NCBI GenBank assembly: GCA_951406725.2 | Contig: OX597819.1 | Location: 72,602,001 to 72,666,000, forward strand | Direction: 5' to 3' | Length of the DNA stretch: 64,000 nucleotides | Source of the DNA: Octopus vulgaris | Taxonomy: Eukaryota | Shown: in pieces, positions 61,280 through 64,000 of the stretch | How positions within the stretch are numbered: position 1 is the first letter of the stretch | Layout: every line of letters begins with the position of its first letter | Notes under the pieces: model-generated | What the model was told of the DNA's origin: nothing | The model's database searches: none | The model's input: the letters and a program-made list of their open reading frames with translations, nothing else | Program-made: the position numbers and the translations under genes

Positions 61280-61832
61280 TTGTTTACTTTTTCACTGGTT
61301 ACAATCACAGGACTGTGCCCATGCTGGAGTATAGCCTTCAGAAATTACAGCTGCTTTTAGGACTGAGGCCATTGAAAGCTGTGGAGTCTTATTTCCAGCA
61401 AGGTGGAGCACCCCCAACACCATCACTACCACCACCACCACCACCACCATAGTAATGTAAGGGTCTGTTTTTGAGATTTTGCCAAACACAGGTGGATTGG
61501 ACAGAGGTTCAGGAGAAAAGCCTTCACATTCACTGGACCTCAAACCACTAGACACCTCTTTTTTTTTTATATTTAAAGAAATACTAAAAAGATAGGGCTT
61601 ACAGAACAAAACCAGCAACAATTGGTTTGAGGGCAACAATTGAACAAGAGTGCACACAAACACTCATCGAAATATTTCTTGATGTTTGTGATTCCATTGC
61701 TTTGTGTTATGACCAATATCTGGACTAAGTTTTATCTGTAGATTCTATTAAATTTCGGAAATGAAATGTATTGCAATAAACACCGACTTTATGATCATTC
61801 AATGTGTGAATACATCCACTTGGAACACCCTG
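61280..61832 (+). pseudogene. decayed DDxD (maT/rosa-like) mariner fragment
   Basis: YFQQGGAPP (FQQDGAPPH-like), SLDLKPLD (SPDLTPLD-like), IEQEC...DVCDSI; right end cacttggaacaccctg|TA. Confidence 0.65.
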
Positions 61833-61877
61833 TATACACACACACATGTGTGTGTTTATATATATATGCATGCATAT

Positions 61878-62170
61878 CAGTATAGGGGCAAGGACACATC
61901 CTTGTTTTACCCCCACCTGAACATCAAAGGGTTCTGAGACTTCATCAGTGATTGTCACTTTTGCTTGCATACCATCATGAAACATCTAGATGATCAAGAG
62001 AAATGTTGGTGGACAGCCAAACTTCTGAAGCAGGCACCACAACCTTTCTCAAAAACCTGCTCAATCACAACATACAAGATACAGTTTTCTTATGATTCAG
62101 CTTCGTTATTTCATACCTCTGCCTCTCTTCAACACATGAAAAACTCAATGAACGGTGCCGGTTCTTAGCA
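61878..62170 (-). mobile_element. RTE/BovB-like RT fragment (inverted)
   Basis: LWCLLQKFGCPPTFL..MFHDGMQAKVTITDEVSEPFDVQVGVKQGCVLAPIL. Confidence 0.85.
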
Positions 62171-62179
62171 TGGTTTTCA

Positions 62180-62735
62180 AATGAATCATTGAAATGCCAA
62201 GGTTCTCCAATCAGTTTCCCTATACTCGCTTAACCTTCAACCCATCTTTATCAATGATATTCCTCCATCACAAGCAGATTCATTCTGCCATCTTGGAAGA
62301 ACGATCTCTAACACTGGACTCTTTGATGAGAGGATACTCTGTCTGAAACTTGGCTTGTGCATCATTCAGGTGACTCGGTGAACAAGTCTTCCAGGACAAG
62401 AACCTTAGAGCAAACACAAATATCTCTGTTTATCACCCTGTCTGTGTATCCAGCCTCCTGTACATGTTTAAGTACTGGACCTTTTATCAGCATCAGCTCT
62501 GGCAACTGGAAGTGTTCCATATCACTCCAAATTACCCTCTCTCTCAAGTGACAGGACAAGATGCCTCATACCAAAATCCTCCTGAGGACTGAGATCCACA
62601 TTGAGACCTGCATCCTTCATCTTTTCCATTGGATTGGCCATATGCTTCAGATGCTGGGTGACCAGCTCCAAAAGATGGTCCTCTTCAGCAAGATCAAAAC
62701 TGGAGGTAGGTCTCATGGACATCCAAAACTTCAAG
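62180..62735 (+). mobile_element. RTE/BovB-like ORF C-terminal fragment
   Basis: DSFCHLGRTISNTG, HWIGHMLQM..DQLQKMVLFSKIKTGGRSHGHPKL. Confidence 0.7.
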
Positions 62736-63609
62736 TAGTCTCTCATTTTACGTGGTGTCCCACCTGGCTGTTAATTGGAAGGCATGGAAGTCCAAGTGTG
62801 ATACTGGAGTAGAGCACTTTGAAACCAAACTCAGGAGGCTGCATGAAGAGAGGCAGTGTCCTCATACCACAGGATCTTCTTAACCTCATATTGGTCTTGT
62901 ATGCCATCTCTGCTCCCATGAGAAGCAATGTGCTGGAGGCAGAGGAGGATGAATGTCTTGGACTGATGCTGTCATTTTCATCACCTCTGATGGGCCATCA
63001 TAAGCTAAGTAGCACACACTTGAAACTGCATACGGTAGTGAGGCCCTGGTTCATGAATGCTATGGTTTTGAAGAGTGTGGCAATACCTCTTAACCACAAA
63101 TATTCCCAAGTCTACTCTGACGCAAACTAGTAGCATCTATCAGCTATGGGTTGATTACAATGTCACAGAATTGCCTCTGGATGGTCTCTCACAGATACTT
63201 CCAACAGACCCAGGGTAGATGAGGCCCTCCAACTCTTTAGCTGCTCACCAAAGAGAAGGTAACTCCATCCAAATCCTACATCCTGATAACTAATGGGTTT
63301 GTGGTACTTGTTGCACCAGACCAATACAAGTTGAAGGATGCAAAAGTGAGATTAGTTCTGCACAAACCATGTCTACTATAACAAAAAAAAAACCCTGCTA
63401 CTTAGTGGGGTAAATTAGTGAGTATTTAAAAAAAGACTAAGAAAGCAAACTCCTGCAGAAAATCTGGAGCAAGGGACCATAAAGCAGATATTTATGGTTA
63501 TACTTAACCAATATCTGGCCCCCTGAGGCCAGGTACAGTAGAGCGAGAGCTTAACTTACTGGGCTCTCCAGCACTGCCAACCAAACCATATGCACACACA
63601 CATACACCC

Positions 63610-64000
63610 CATCATCATCATTGTTTAATATCCACTTTACTAGGTTTGCATGGGTTGGATGGAGTTTGTTCAGGTGGATTTTCTGCAACTGGATGCTCTT
63701 GCTTTCACCAACCCTTACCCATTTCAAATAAAGTAATATTCCCCATGGCCAACTGTTTTTTCACAGAAGACTGGAAACAAACCCTACCTGTATATCAGTG
63801 ATGCTTGTTTACAGCCACCAGGTGATGTCAAGACAAATGTTCACACACACATCAACTCTGTCTTTAGTGTTGTTTTGTTATTTTCGCTATATATTCTTTT
63901 ACTCTTTTATTTGTTTCAGTCATGTGACTGTGGCCATGCTGGAGCACTGCCTTTAGTCAAGCAAATCAGGACTTATTTTTTGTAAGCCTAGTACTCATTC
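63610..64000 (-). mobile_element. RTE-type SINE tail (63610-63840) and start of a family B tail (from ~63905, cut by the window end)
   Basis: (CAT)n...ccacttttactaggtttgcatgggttgga; ttgtttcagtcatgtgactgtggccatgctggagcac. Confidence 0.7.

Overview
AT-rich, microsatellite-dense eukaryotic genomic DNA dominated by short retroposons. The repeat content resembles octopus/coleoid genomes (inference from recalled repeat families, no database search). One host gene is well supported: the last two coding exons of a TEX264 (ER-phagy receptor, GyrI-like domain) orthologue on the + strand (19623-19844 and 34492-35436), separated by a 14,647-bp intron. The first, transmembrane exon was not found and probably lies upstream of the window. 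Most of the remaining recognisable sequence is repeat: decayed RTE-type LINEs and their abundant (GAT)n-tailed 3' fragments (local label A), four tRNA-headed SINE families (local labels B-E), Tc1/mariner relics, piggyBac-, hAT- and Tigger-like MITEs, Helitron-like fragments and several long fold-back palindromes. Most interesting leads: (1) a tRNA-headed SINE-like element carrying a Penelope-type minimal hammerhead ribozyme fold (2 copies); (2) a tandem pair of hammerhead-like motifs with a shared CUGUNGA core variant; (3) an elongated TEX264 disordered tail with a second candidate LIR; (4) a ~31-bp-phased degenerate TGCTAAACA array; (5) SINE 3'-tail swapping; (6) long hairpins that could be dsRNA/ADAR substrates. 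Nearly all ORFs in the supplied track are repeat or microsatellite artefacts. Repeat boundaries are approximate unless TSDs or TIRs are quoted.
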